Shown here piece by piece: positions 1 through 9,142 of a stretch of 64,000 bases of DNA. Location of the stretch: positions 186,001 to 250,000 of the IMG/VR virus record IMGVR_UViG_3300034073_003340, one strand, 5' to 3'. Every line of letters starts with the position of its first letter. Positions within the stretch are counted from its first letter, which is position 1. The position numbers and the translations under genes were made by a program. Below the pieces are notes generated by a model. It was given only the letters and a program-made list of their open reading frames with translations, was not told the DNA's origin and searched no databases.

Positions 1-1
1 A

Positions 2-103
2 TCTTGTCCGCCAGACGAGATTAATGCTGATTTTTACCTTCACGTTTATTTTAAGTCAGCAGAAGATGCCCTACTTTTCAAGCTTACATGGGGTGGACAA
101 TGA
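2..103 (+). CDS. FKLxW-family small protein (5' truncated by window)
   Basis: Reads ...HVYFKSAEDALLFKLTWGGQ*; TGA at 101-103 overlaps next ATG at 100. Confidence 0.8.
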   Translation, partial: SCPPDEINADFYLHVYFKSAEDALLFKLTWGGQ

Positions 104-456
104 AAGTTTGGCCAGGCTCTACAGTTGATACTCGACTAACAAAGGTCGAAGTGCCGTTACCGCATAGTCAGCTGGTTCTGAATAAACATATTCGCGAAAC
201 CGCCCCGGAGATTCAACATCTCCTATTCATGCCTGAAATGGACTTGTGGTTTCAAGACCATAATCTCAATAGGGCGCCTGATCCTGTTGATGTTTATAAG
301 AACTCTGGCTATGATTTCGCAACTGACCGACGGATCATAAACGTTCGGGGTCTTGGATCAGTAGGCGGTTGGGTCAAGGAAACCAATCAGATCAATTTTT
401 ACTTTCTGGACCCCAAGATGGCTGTTTTGTTCAAACTAGTGTGGTGCGGCCAATGA
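100..456 (+). CDS. FKLxW-family small protein
   Basis: Ends FYFLDPKMAVLFKLVWCGQ; start moved to ATG 100 (ATGA overlap). Confidence 0.85.
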   Translation: MKVWPGSTVDTRLTKVEVPLPHSQLVLNKHIRETAPEIQHLLFMPEMDLWFQDHNLNRAPDPVDVYKNSGYDFATDRRIINVRGLGSVGGWVKETNQINFYFLDPKMAVLFKLVWCGQ

Positions 457-677
457 CAAAGAAGGAATGGCCATATAGGGTAACCGCAGTGGTTCATGAG
501 CTCAAATTCAGAGAGCTGTTGACATGGCTTCATGATGCCGGCCATACTCTTCACGCTACGGTGAAATTTGGAAAACAACATCGTCTAACCATAGATAGTC
601 CTATGGTAAAACAGGAAGTTGCTTTCAAGGACGGAAATCAAGCAATGATATTCAAACTAGCGTGGGGTGGAAAATGA
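453..677 (+). CDS. FKLxW-family small protein
   Basis: MTKKEWPY...VAFKDGNQAMIFKLAWGGK; ATGA overlap at 453. Confidence 0.85.
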   Translation: MTKKEWPYRVTAVVHELKFRELLTWLHDAGHTLHATVKFGKQHRLTIDSPMVKQEVAFKDGNQAMIFKLAWGGK

Positions 678-934
678 CACCTCAACAAAAGGCAATGGCG
701 CAAATTCTTCAAGTCACCTTGTTTAAGTTGGCAGAAGAAACCCATCAAATATTAGATCGACTCCGTCAAAGATATCCTGATTCACGAGAAAGATTTGACC
801 TTTTGAGTCGGCAAGTAGAAACTGCCGTTGATAGGACTCTTGAAGATTATCATACCAACGGTAGAAATTTTTCAGTTCAAGAAATGGACAAGATCCATTC
901 TGATATTATTGAGATAAGACGTCTCCTTGGGTAA
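674..934 (+). CDS. Hypothetical helical protein (not a clear family member)
   Basis: MTPQQKAM...; ATGA-coupled to the upstream gene, GGGGTGG SD-like sequence. Confidence 0.7.
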   Translation: MTPQQKAMAQILQVTLFKLAEETHQILDRLRQRYPDSRERFDLLSRQVETAVDRTLEDYHTNGRNFSVQEMDKIHSDIIEIRRLLG

Positions 935-1220
935 AGAAACATATCTTGGTGTACAATGGACAACTGTTTTGATCCCTATTACCTCCATGGTTTGCGTAAC
1001 AAAATTGGCCTACGATGGATATGGCAAATATGATGTATTGAATTTGCCCGAAGACATGGAGAATTGGCTTTACAGCGAAACTGATGGCATACAGCACTCC
1101 AGAGTAGATAAGAGACACTGGTGGTGGGATATTGATGATATAGACCATGTTAAATTTTACTTTAGAGACGTCTCTACTGCTATCAAGTTCAAATTAACAT
1201 GGGGTGGCGTATGTCGCTGA
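927..1220 (+). CDS. FKLxW-family small protein
   Basis: Ends FYFRDVSTAIKFKLTWGGVCR; TTG start uncertain. Confidence 0.8.
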   Translation: MGKETYLGVQWTTVLIPITSMVCVTKLAYDGYGKYDVLNLPEDMENWLYSETDGIQHSRVDKRHWWWDIDDIDHVKFYFRDVSTAIKFKLTWGGVCR

Positions 1221-1540
1221 TACTCTGGGATAGTGATAATCCCCTTAAAGTTATCATCACACAGGCCATTGATTACAATCAATTAGTTTTGCGAGAACCT
1301 CGGTCGGACGCTGAAAAAGAAGAGAGGCGCAACAGAAGAAATAAACAAACGTCTTCAGAAAAGCTACGTGATCTATTTTGGGAGACTTTTCAGGCACATT
1401 GGCGGGCTTCTCCTTTTTATTCGTGGTTTGAAGAGTTCTGCCCGGGTTATAAAGTATTCAAGATGTCTGGAACCGATAGTGTGTCCATTGAGTTCGCAGA
1501 TCACAGACAGGCGGTCCTATTCAAATTGACATGGGGGTAG
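1211..1540 (+). CDS. FKLxW-family small protein
   Basis: Ends IEFADHRQAVLFKLTWG. Confidence 0.85.
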   Translation: MSLILWDSDNPLKVIITQAIDYNQLVLREPRSDAEKEERRNRRNKQTSSEKLRDLFWETFQAHWRASPFYSWFEEFCPGYKVFKMSGTDSVSIEFADHRQAVLFKLTWG

Positions 1541-1542
1541 GC

Positions 1543-1761
1543 GTGAGCGGCTGTATTCTACCTTTTGATAAAGTGGCCAGCTATGACTGGAATAGAGAAA
1601 TCAAAGTCCTTATAAACGAGGATATACGGATTTGGCTATCTGAACACCAGGGTTCATATGTTTGGTTGATCAACTCAGTATCACATATCGAAAGCTGGCA
1701 GGTATCCTTTGAATTCGTTAATCACTCTGACTTGGTGTTGTTCAAATTGACTTTTGGTTAA
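1543..1761 (+). CDS. FKLxW-family small protein
   Basis: Ends FEFVNHSDLVLFKLTFG; GTG start inferred. Confidence 0.8.
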   Translation: MSGCILPFDKVASYDWNREIKVLINEDIRIWLSEHQGSYVWLINSVSHIESWQVSFEFVNHSDLVLFKLTFG

Positions 1762-2217
1762 ATGTGGCTTCATAATAGTCACATGCGTATATGTAGAATC
1801 TACCAGGTAAAATTCAAGGGTAAAATGGCCAGTCTCAACTCGCCAGCGTCAGTTGAGTATTGGGTAGTTGATGATGATGGTAAACGATCTCAAGTTCGTA
1901 TACCCAATCATCCAAAGATCATAGAAGCTTTTGAATGGATGAATGAAAACGATTGTCTAAGACATCTCCAGAACGCCACACCTAGCTACCAGAACAACCA
2001 AATAGAAATAGAAGCCATTGAACATCATAACGCAATGTTGGAAGAGAACTCATATGCCCTTCCCAAACAATATTGTGTGAGTACCGGGTCATACAGAGTA
2101 TTCATACCAGGACTTAAACCAGTCCCTGAAAAGACCTTTGAAGTAACTTGGAGTTTTTGGTCCAAGGAACATGCGGTTATGTTCAAGCTGGCGTGTGGTG
2201 GCGATCTTGAGGATTGA
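1762..2217 (+). CDS. FKLxW-family protein (long variable insert)
   Basis: Ends WSFWSKEHAVMFKLACGGDLED. Confidence 0.8.
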   Translation: MWLHNSHMRICRIYQVKFKGKMASLNSPASVEYWVVDDDGKRSQVRIPNHPKIIEAFEWMNENDCLRHLQNATPSYQNNQIEIEAIEHHNAMLEENSYALPKQYCVSTGSYRVFIPGLKPVPEKTFEVTWSFWSKEHAVMFKLACGGDLED

Positions 2218-2617
2218 AGAGATCAATGGCATCTATGTTATTGTCAATAACATAGATGAAAATTTTTGGCAATCTCTCTTCATCAAGACCGGTGAGGTTG
2301 CTAGTGGCCGCCCTCGTCTCAAAGATTCACTAGCCCAATGGTGGGATCAGACGGCTCCAGGTGAATGGACAACTGCTTATCTGTCTAATCCCAGTAGACG
2401 GGTCATTGTGATAAGAGACCCCAGTCTCTTTATGCTTTTCAAGCTGGCTTTTTCTAATTCCGAAGAAATCAGTAACGAGGTCGTGATTTTAGATTCAGCA
2501 TGTTATTTTGCTCCCTATGTTTCACTTACTGCTTTACAAAATCCACATCCTGTGTTCAAATCAGATCATGACGATGAGGACGACCAAGCAGGACAATATA
2601 AGGGGTCACAGAGCTGA
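2207..2617 (+). CDS. FKLxW-family protein with C-terminal extension
   Basis: Internal IVIRDPSLFMLFKLAFS followed by about 55 extra aa; TTG start inferred. Confidence 0.75.
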   Translation: MRIEEINGIYVIVNNIDENFWQSLFIKTGEVASGRPRLKDSLAQWWDQTAPGEWTTAYLSNPSRRVIVIRDPSLFMLFKLAFSNSEEISNEVVILDSACYFAPYVSLTALQNPHPVFKSDHDDEDDQAGQYKGSQS

Positions 2618-2707
2618 TCTTGAAGACAGGGTAGTCACGCTATATGCTGACAACCTTGTGGTCCACAGTGACCCTCACAGGGCAGATTTTGAACCCGTAA
2701 GAGGCTT

Positions 2708-2959
2708 GTGATGGCCTGGGGTTTAGGAGGTGTCGGAGTATCAGTCTGTATAGATCGATACGACACGTTGATGGATAAAGTCATTGACATGGACGCCGAT
2801 GAATACGGTAGTCCGCGTATGGATCTCCAATACAATATCAAGATGTGGTTTAAGGATTCCACAATTCAGGATGAATGGTGGGTTGATGACCTAGGGAACG
2901 TTTGGTTTGAATTCGATCGTCGTGGTGAGGCAATGCTGTTTGTTTTGGAATGTTTGTAA
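2708..2959 (+). CDS. FKLxW-family small protein (diverged)
   Basis: Ends WFEFDRRGEAMLFVLECL. Confidence 0.75.
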   Translation: MMAWGLGGVGVSVCIDRYDTLMDKVIDMDADEYGSPRMDLQYNIKMWFKDSTIQDEWWVDDLGNVWFEFDRRGEAMLFVLECL

Positions 2960-3267
2960 TGGATCCAATTGCTGTTACATTTGAGCACCACTTGCTTGTT
3001 CCTTACGAAACATGGGATAGTTGCTTCAATGCGAGGCTTCGAGATGACTTTTCCAAATGGCTCTTTGACAATATTGGCTTTGGTATCTCTATACCGGTTA
3101 TTGGTTGGGACAATGACAGCAGACAAGTCAATTGGGCTTGGTATGATGACAGACGTAAAGGAATGGACGCTCGCAAATGGAAGCATCAGGGATTTAAGAT
3201 ATTGTTCCTAAACCCCAGGCATGCCACATTAGCGAAGCTTACCTGGGGTGGAAAAGAAGTTACTTGA
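2959..3267 (+). CDS. FKLxW-family small protein
   Basis: Ends LFLNPRHATLAKLTWGGKEVT; TAATG overlap at 2959. Confidence 0.8.
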   Translation: MDPIAVTFEHHLLVPYETWDSCFNARLRDDFSKWLFDNIGFGISIPVIGWDNDSRQVNWAWYDDRRKGMDARKWKHQGFKILFLNPRHATLAKLTWGGKEVT

Positions 3268-3703
3268 TAATTCCTGGCAGGTAACGCTTACCGGTTGGCG
3301 GTAATGTCAGCAATTGCTTACGGTTGCTGATACCAGACCTCAGACCGAAGCCAATGTGAACCCAACGACGACGTTCGTGGATCAGCTGGTCGAAGGTTAG
3401 ACCAGATTCAGCGATCGCAACACAAACATCATAGGGTGTTCCAAACGATGGACACACAAAGTCAACCGCAAAGCCAAACGAGTGAGCCGAAGTAGTAACA
3501 CCACCAACCGCTCTGTTAACCGCATCGCTTCTAAAAGCTGAATTAACTCGGATAGGCTTGTTACCAAGAATGGCGCGAATCTTTTCCATCTGCTGGGCAG
3601 TATGTGTTAGATTCTGAAGAGTTACACCGGTTGGGATATTTGGAAGACCAGTGGAGGTAGTAGTCATCTCCGCCAGGCTAAAGTTTGGGGTTAGTTGAGT
3701 CAT
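3260..3703 (-). CDS. Peptidase M15A-type Zn D-Ala-D-Ala peptidase, likely endolysin
   Basis: LTPNFSLAEM...NSAFRS..VNRAVGG...SAHSFGFAVDF...DQLIHE...WVHIG motifs; AGGAG SD. Confidence 0.9.
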   Translation of the reverse strand: MTQLTPNFSLAEMTTTSTGLPNIPTGVTLQNLTHTAQQMEKIRAILGNKPIRVNSAFRSDAVNRAVGGVTTSAHSFGFAVDFVCPSFGTPYDVCVAIAESGLTFDQLIHERRRWVHIGFGLRSGISNRKQLLTLPPTGKRYLPGIIK

Positions 3704-3728
3704 ACCGATCTCCTTTATGGATTCCCCA

Positions 3729-3734
3729 TATTTA
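3729..3734 (-). promoter_or_regulatory. TAAATA late-promoter-like box upstream of endolysin
   Basis: CTAAATATGGG about 25 nt before the ATG; same sequence precedes the 14954-17158 gene. Confidence 0.55.
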
Positions 3735-3750
3735 GCCTAATAAGTAGGGG

Positions 3751-3990
3751 GTGGACGATCAGTTATTCTCTGCCGTTAAAAATCCCAGACCATATCGGGT
3801 GGTTTTACCAAACGTTTCTAGCTCTTTGGATCATTATAGGGTCAGATGTTTTCTCCTCAACCTACAATGGGAGGAATTCACAGATTGGATGATTTCCCCC
3901 TACACCAACACCATCGCGGGGGAGTATGAAGTTTGGTTTACGGATATTGCGAAAGCCACATACTTCAAGTTATCGTTTAGCTTGAAATAA
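3751..3990 (+). CDS. FKLxW-family small protein
   Basis: Ends VWFTDIAKATYFKLSFSLK. Confidence 0.8.
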   Translation: MDDQLFSAVKNPRPYRVVLPNVSSSLDHYRVRCFLLNLQWEEFTDWMISPYTNTIAGEYEVWFTDIAKATYFKLSFSLK

Positions 3991-4003
3991 CAAGGTCGAG
4001 ATA

Positions 4004-4198
4004 ATGGAATATCCATATTATGTGGCGATATCGTCAGAGCACGATGGAAAAGAAGTCTTGGATTGGTTGACTGAAAACGGTATCAGGCACCAAGAGGATT
4101 ACAAAGCCCTTAGAATGCGCCACCGTGGAATCTATGCCCTGTATTTCAAAGACTCTAGAAAAGCTGTAATGACCAAGCTCAGATGGTCAGGCGTGTGA
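4004..4198 (+). CDS. FKLxW-family small protein
   Basis: Ends LYFKDSRKAVMTKLRWSGV. Confidence 0.8.
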   Translation: MEYPYYVAISSEHDGKEVLDWLTENGIRHQEDYKALRMRHRGIYALYFKDSRKAVMTKLRWSGV

Positions 4199-4200
4199 TT

Positions 4201-4479
4201 TTAATTACCACACCATGTTAGTTTGAAGAGGACAGCTATGCGCGGATCCTCTATTCCCACATGCCAGTGATTATCCTTGATCTCGTTCCACACCAATCGA
4301 TAAAAACCGACTCTAGCTGATAACCATTCATGGATATCATCTCTTACAAACCAGCCTCCTCCATAGTGAGGTCGTTCTGATTCCAGTGTTGTGAGCTGGG
4401 TATTAGAACCACTTACTGTAGTTACCCGTTGATGGACAGAACCAGTAGTATTATAGCGATCCAATTCAACCCAAATCAT
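4201..4479 (-). CDS. FKLxW-family small protein
   Basis: Ends VGIEDPRIAVLFKLTWCGN. Confidence 0.85.
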   Translation of the reverse strand: MIWVELDRYNTTGSVHQRVTTVSGSNTQLTTLESERPHYGGGWFVRDDIHEWLSARVGFYRLVWNEIKDNHWHVGIEDPRIAVLFKLTWCGN

Positions 4480-4787
4480 ACAACAAAAATCTCACCATCA
4501 AATCTTAAAGCAAACTTAGCAGCATCATGCTTTTCACGAAAGAAGAATGTAAAATGGTTTCTGACAACCCACCATGCCACGCTACCATTTTCTTCGTCAT
4601 GTAAGTCAGTAATATTGGCTTCCAACCAATCCCATATTTCCCATGACGGCATCGGACCACTATAATCGGGATCTAGATCAAGTTCTTCTTCATTGCGATT
4701 TTCTTCGTAGGGGAGACTAACCTCAACCCATCCTTGGCTACTAACCGCATTGAGTGGACCCATGGCCTGATTACCATGCTCTTTCAT
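4476..4787 (-). CDS. FKLxW-family small protein
   Basis: Ends FFFREKHDAAKFALRFDG...; start at ATGA overlap 4787. Confidence 0.8.
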   Translation of the reverse strand: MKEHGNQAMGPLNAVSSQGWVEVSLPYEENRNEEELDLDPDYSGPMPSWEIWDWLEANITDLHDEENGSVAWWVVRNHFTFFFREKHDAAKFALRFDGEIFVV

Positions 4788-5086
4788 TGCCCGCCCCACA
4801 GTATCTTAAAGTATACGGCATGTTTGGGATCTTTAAACCAAAAATAGATATTTCTTTGATCCTCGGGTTTCCGGTAGTGCGCTTCCAAGGCGTTGATAAA
4901 CCAACCCCAAGTTTCTATATTGAAATCTACGCCTTCGGGGAAGCTAAAAAGAAAACGATCATCAGGAGTTGGTCCAGCGACCTTGATCAATAGATCAAGA
5001 GTATCACTGCGCAGTTTGATCGTCGTGTTCCAATCAACTACTTTGCCTGAATCCACTTTGATGATCGCTATATTATCGGGGATCAT
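4784..5086 (-). CDS. FKLxW-family small protein
   Basis: Ends FWFKDPKHAVYFKILWGGQ. Confidence 0.85.
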   Translation of the reverse strand: MIPDNIAIIKVDSGKVVDWNTTIKLRSDTLDLLIKVAGPTPDDRFLFSFPEGVDFNIETWGWFINALEAHYRKPEDQRNIYFWFKDPKHAVYFKILWGGQ

Positions 5087-5439
5087 TTGATCCCCGTCCA
5101 AGTCAACTTGAACAGAACGGCCACATTGGGATCAAACATAATGATTTCATAGCCGGCATCCGGGGCGGAAACATGAGTATCCAACTCATACTCATATCCA
5201 TGTTCTTTCATCCAATCTTCAATTTCTTCGGTGAGAACACGCGACATGGATAGAGTTGCGGTTCCCATCCTTTTGAATGCGGTAAACGATGAGTTTGAGT
5301 TTTCTTCTACTTCTGAAGGGTTTTCTTCATTCCAAGAAATGCCACTTATGCCGTCAACCACAAGACTGGTAAAGGATTCAGCATTCAAGACCCAAGCTGG
5401 TCTTCCTTGGTATGTGGTAGAAATGACCTCGGTGCTCAT
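5083..5439 (-). CDS. FKLxW-family small protein
   Basis: Ends IMFDPNVAVLFKLTWTGIK. Confidence 0.85.
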   Translation of the reverse strand: MSTEVISTTYQGRPAWVLNAESFTSLVVDGISGISWNEENPSEVEENSNSSFTAFKRMGTATLSMSRVLTEEIEDWMKEHGYEYELDTHVSAPDAGYEIIMFDPNVAVLFKLTWTGIK

Positions 5440-5440
5440 A

Positions 5441-5812
5441 TCATAATCCCCATGCTAGTTTGAACAACATCGCACTGTTCTTATCCAAGAATCCCACATG
5501 CCAACCTGGCTCCATGGAACCATTGGCATAGCGAAACTCAAATTGATAGGCTCGTTCCAATCCAGCATTCACCAGCCATTCATGAACTTCGTCCTTGAGA
5601 CGAAAAAAGCCATCTCGACCTTCGCTGAAACAGGGACGACTCACCAGATCCTGAGTTCCAAATTCGCCATTGCGTCGTGGGCAGACAACTATGCGACAGG
5701 CATCAGACTCATAGAATTCACGAACCGTGTTGGCTCGCTGGTCGTTGATCAACACCCAGTGGAGATTGCGTCCACTGGGATCTATGACTCTAAAGGGTCG
5801 CCCGTCTTCCAT
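5441..5812 (-). CDS. FKLxW-family small protein
   Basis: Ends VGFLDKNSAMLFKLAWGL. Confidence 0.85.
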   Translation of the reverse strand: MEDGRPFRVIDPSGRNLHWVLINDQRANTVREFYESDACRIVVCPRRNGEFGTQDLVSRPCFSEGRDGFFRLKDEVHEWLVNAGLERAYQFEFRYANGSMEPGWHVGFLDKNSAMLFKLAWGL

Positions 5813-5831
5813 GACGCCAATATAGCACCTA

Positions 5832-6035
5832 CTATGTCCAAGTCAATGCGAACCTAATGGCTTCTTTGCGATCAAAGAAATACCAACAGGTGGTGTTACT
5901 GGATCCAAAGTAAGAATTGCTGAACTGCCGTGTGAGATATATCTCACACCATTCTATGATCTCATTATGATTTTCATAACCAGGGGTGCGGACTTTGTAA
6001 TGGAGTCCAGATGTATATAAAACAAACTTGCTCAT
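5832..6035 (-). CDS. FKLxW-family small protein
   Basis: Ends WYFFDRKEAIRFALTWT. Confidence 0.8.
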   Translation of the reverse strand: MSKFVLYTSGLHYKVRTPGYENHNEIIEWCEIYLTRQFSNSYFGSSNTTCWYFFDRKEAIRFALTWT

Positions 6036-6280
6036 AACCAAGTTAGTTTGAACAACATGGCATGATCAGGATTTTTGAAGAAAATGAAGACATGGTCAGA
6101 CAACATGGGATAATCATGGAACCAATCCCCCAGAGCTTCGTCGTTTACAAAGTGGCATTTATGACCAACGTTTCTATCTAGCCAATCCTTGATTTCCGGT
6201 CGCAAAGCAAACCAGTCAGGAAGATCGTATTCAACTTTACAACGATCCACTTTTAACTTGGTCCAACCCTGCCAGATCAT
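6032..6280 (-). CDS. FKLxW-family small protein
   Basis: Ends IFFKNPDHAMLFKLTWL. Confidence 0.85.
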   Translation of the reverse strand: MIWQGWTKLKVDRCKVEYDLPDWFALRPEIKDWLDRNVGHKCHFVNDEALGDWFHDYPMLSDHVFIFFKNPDHAMLFKLTWL

Positions 6281-6558
6281 AGAAACGCTAACTTGAAAAC
6301 TGCCGCTTGTGCCCTATCTGCTATTTCCAGTCTCCAATGTTTATAGGATATAAACGTCAATGTATAACCGGAATTTAGAATGTTATGAGCAAAATCAGTG
6401 AGAAAATAATGCTTGGCTAGGCGAACCTGGGGATACCAAGGATCCTGGGCATCTGATATCACTTGTCGATCCACCGGGGCCTGACCATGAGAATAACCCA
6501 ACCAGTTGGGACGACTCCCCGAGAAATCAATGTCGTGATAAAGATGAAAGATTGTCAT
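6277..6558 (-). CDS. FKLxW-family small protein
   Basis: Ends LEIADRAQAAVFKLAFL. Confidence 0.85.
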   Translation of the reverse strand: MTIFHLYHDIDFSGSRPNWLGYSHGQAPVDRQVISDAQDPWYPQVRLAKHYFLTDFAHNILNSGYTLTFISYKHWRLEIADRAQAAVFKLAFL

Positions 6559-6854
6559 TTGCCACCAAATGTCAACTTGAACAAAAGGGCATCATCAGAA
6601 GTCTTAAAGGATACAAAGTTGGTATTTGTCCACATATCAAAAGACTCAATACCATTATGCTCTTCAATCCATTCGGCATAACCCTCAGATAACTTTTCAG
6701 TTCTGATCTCGTTGTAAATCAAAACCGGCCAAGAATAACCAGAATCCTGATGATCCTTTAGGATCTCTTCACGGCGAGTTTGATGGAACTTTTTAACCAA
6801 CTCAATACCAAGAGCCAATGTCTCTGGGTTGGGTTTCCAATCAAAACTAGACAT
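6555..6854 (-). CDS. FKLxW-family small protein
   Basis: Ends VSFKTSDDALLFKLTFGGK. Confidence 0.85.
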   Translation of the reverse strand: MSSFDWKPNPETLALGIELVKKFHQTRREEILKDHQDSGYSWPVLIYNEIRTEKLSEGYAEWIEEHNGIESFDMWTNTNFVSFKTSDDALLFKLTFGGK

Positions 6855-7107
6855 TATACCACCTCAACTTAAAAAGCAACGTTTGGTCCATGGTCTTGAA
6901 TCTAAAGGAAATTATACTAGGATCCCGTCCCATGTCTCTGATAAACCAAGCACCCCAGGTTTCACCCTCGGCAATCAAGCCATAAGTGTTTTCACTCAAC
7001 ACGGGGTCAATGTTGGCCTCTAACCAATCCAACATTTCCTTTGGAAGGCGACCATCTTCCAAAAGAACACGCATGGTGAGATTGGGACTTGGCTGATAAT
7101 CTTTCAT
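6847..7107 (-). CDS. FKLxW-family small protein
   Basis: Ends FRFKTMDQTLLFKLRWYNV. Confidence 0.85.
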   Translation of the reverse strand: MKDYQPSPNLTMRVLLEDGRLPKEMLDWLEANIDPVLSENTYGLIAEGETWGAWFIRDMGRDPSIISFRFKTMDQTLLFKLRWYNV

Positions 7108-7108
7108 A

Positions 7109-7324
7109 TCAACCCCAGGTCAACTTGAATAAAGTCGCAATGCTATGGTCATGAAAACGAAAAACTACCCTGGTAGCAGTGAATGCCCAATCCCAATCGT
7201 CACCACAATGGCTGTTGAGCCATTTGACTATATTGGGATCTAGACAGTCACCACACCGCCAAGGAGATTCTCCATCATACACCTCAATCATGACGTTTTC
7301 ATATTTTACCGCAACGTCTATCAT
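7109..7324 (-). CDS. FKLxW-family small protein
   Basis: Ends FRFHDHSIATLFKLTWG. Confidence 0.85.
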   Translation of the reverse strand: MIDVAVKYENVMIEVYDGESPWRCGDCLDPNIVKWLNSHCGDDWDWAFTATRVVFRFHDHSIATLFKLTWG

Positions 7325-7755
7325 CCCCAAGTCAACTTTACCAAAGCTTGTTGGCTTTCAGGAACATACAGGGTCATGGGCTCAAGGTTATTACTGTAGA
7401 TAAATTTGAATTCATCAACAATAGGAAAATCCCGCTCCCCACACCACTGACGAAACTCTTCCGATCTAGAAAAATCCACCGAGATCTTCATTTCCACATA
7501 ACCACGCGACACCAAGTCCTCAATGGTTACAATCTCTTCATCATCAGATTCATCCCACTTGATCAAAGTGGCGTTGAACTTTAACTTGAACTGAAGAGCA
7601 TATCGCTTGTCCGTGAATACCACATTGTAGATGGTATTACCATCAGCATCACGACGGTTACAAGCCAGATAGTCACCATGGCCTATATAACGAACAAAAT
7701 GGTCTACCTCTGCGAGATCATTGGTCTCACTAGAGACATCAAAGATATAACTCAT
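7321..7755 (-). CDS. FKLxW-family protein with two tandem domains
   Basis: Internal VVFTDKRYALQFKLKFN plus terminal LYVPESQQALVKLTWG. Confidence 0.8.
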   Translation of the reverse strand: MSYIFDVSSETNDLAEVDHFVRYIGHGDYLACNRRDADGNTIYNVVFTDKRYALQFKLKFNATLIKWDESDDEEIVTIEDLVSRGYVEMKISVDFSRSEEFRQWCGERDFPIVDEFKFIYSNNLEPMTLYVPESQQALVKLTWG

Positions 7756-7758
7756 TGT

Positions 7759-8013
7759 CTATCCCCAAGCTAATTTAAAAAGAATGGCACAACTAGCATC
7801 CTCAATGTCTATTACCCAATAGGGATCACGATAGAAAAGTCTATAGTGACAACCAATACTCTCATGAGGTTGATCATTCAACCACCAAAAATCACGAACA
7901 ACCCTTGCGTGATCTGGATAACAAGGACGATCCGATCTAAACTCATAACCGTTGCCTAAAATGCCATTGGCCCGGCCATTACGCCCTGCATATATGAGAA
8001 CCTGATGGCTCAT
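7759..8013 (-). CDS. FKLxW-family small protein
   Basis: Ends IDIEDASCAILFKLAWG. Confidence 0.85.
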   Translation of the reverse strand: MSHQVLIYAGRNGRANGILGNGYEFRSDRPCYPDHARVVRDFWWLNDQPHESIGCHYRLFYRDPYWVIDIEDASCAILFKLAWG

Positions 8014-8267
8014 GCCCAAGTCAACTTAAACAACATGGCATCTTTGGGATCTGAAAACGCTATTAAGTTGTCAGCTGGTCCCTGGAGGCGTCCACTATAT
8101 CGGTAATTCCACTGCCACGCCTGATCTCCAGACCATCCCCCAGATCTAGATCCCGGACCCACATGCTCCAATAACCAGCAGTAGACTTCATCAACCAACA
8201 ACCACACACACTGGTATGGAGAAGAGTTTTCAATGATGAGATTCAAAGGCAACTCAACCAAAGTCAT
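8010..8267 (-). CDS. FKLxW-family small protein
   Basis: Ends IAFSDPKDAMLFKLTWA. Confidence 0.85.
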   Translation of the reverse strand: MTLVELPLNLIIENSSPYQCVWLLVDEVYCWLLEHVGPGSRSGGWSGDQAWQWNYRYSGRLQGPADNLIAFSDPKDAMLFKLTWA

Positions 8268-8551
8268 CCCCACCTCAATTTAAACAATATGGCAAGATGA
8301 CGGTCTTGCTCGTGAAAACAAACCATACGGCGAGGAAATCTAGGAAACCAATTTTCCGAAGAAGCCGCTGATCTACAATAACTCTTGATACACCACTGGC
8401 CAGGTTCCAGATCCCCACGCTCAGAACCCGCAGAAATATACTTTAACCCAAGAGAAGAACACCAATCCTTCCAACAACCCAACGCCGTCACATAAGGATT
8501 TCCATCACCCCATGTTTCTGCTTCAGGTTCGTTGATAGGAACATATATCAT
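8264..8551 (-). CDS. FKLxW-family small protein
   Basis: Ends FHEQDRHLAILFKLRWG; start uncertain (8551 ATG or 8578 TTG). Confidence 0.8.
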   Translation of the reverse strand: MIYVPINEPEAETWGDGNPYVTALGCWKDWCSSLGLKYISAGSERGDLEPGQWCIKSYCRSAASSENWFPRFPRRMVCFHEQDRHLAILFKLRWG

Positions 8552-8589
8552 AGCCGGGTATAGACATAACCAAACCAACTTGTCAATTG

Positions 8590-8841
8590 CTAGGCAAATG
8601 ACATCTTAAACAACATTGCGTCACTAAGATTGTCAAAATATGCCCGCATGGGCACTTGGTGGCTTTGGTGCTCGGCCTCTGATAAAAATGATCGCAGACG
8701 ATACTCACCATCTTTGGGATAAACCCTGATCATCCAATCCCAAATACGATAGTCGGAAATGTCCCAATTGAACTCAAGACAACAAGGACCATACGTCTTC
8801 AACTTGAAAAAACAAAAATAACGAGAGCTAACCAGTTTCAC
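8590..8841 (-). CDS. FKLxW-family small protein
   Basis: Ends AYFDNLSDAMLFKMSFA; GTGA overlap start at 8841. Confidence 0.8.
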   Translation of the reverse strand: MKLVSSRYFCFFKLKTYGPCCLEFNWDISDYRIWDWMIRVYPKDGEYRLRSFLSEAEHQSHQVPMRAYFDNLSDAMLFKMSFA

Positions 8842-9128
8842 TCCCCGCCCCATGCTAACTTGAACAGTATGGCGCAATTGACCTCACGGAACCCAATAAC
8901 AAATCTTCGATGAATCGGGCTATTACAAAATCCTGGACCCAAGACGTCTTGATTATAAAAATATGACCAACTGGGCGCATACAGGTCAAGCCATTCAACT
9001 AATAAGCTGCTGGGGAATATCTCAAAAGACCACATGCCACTGGATGGTAACTTGATCCAAAGACCTTCCAGTGGTGGACAAGAATAACTGATAAACCAAG
9101 AAGGCACCAAAGTGGACACTTCATACAT
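8838..9128 (-). CDS. FKLxW-family small protein
   Basis: MYEVS...IGFREVNCAILFKLAWGGE. Confidence 0.85.
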   Translation of the reverse strand: MYEVSTLVPSWFISYSCPPLEGLWIKLPSSGMWSFEIFPSSLLVEWLDLYAPSWSYFYNQDVLGPGFCNSPIHRRFVIGFREVNCAILFKLAWGGE

Positions 9129-9142
9129 AACAGAGAAACCAA

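Noticed and set aside
88-8273. Recurring MGW/MGM/MGV N-termini in array ORFs
   Set aside because: The ATG comes from the upstream gene's ACA/GCA-TGG codons; true starts are the ATGA/GTGA overlaps a few codons later.
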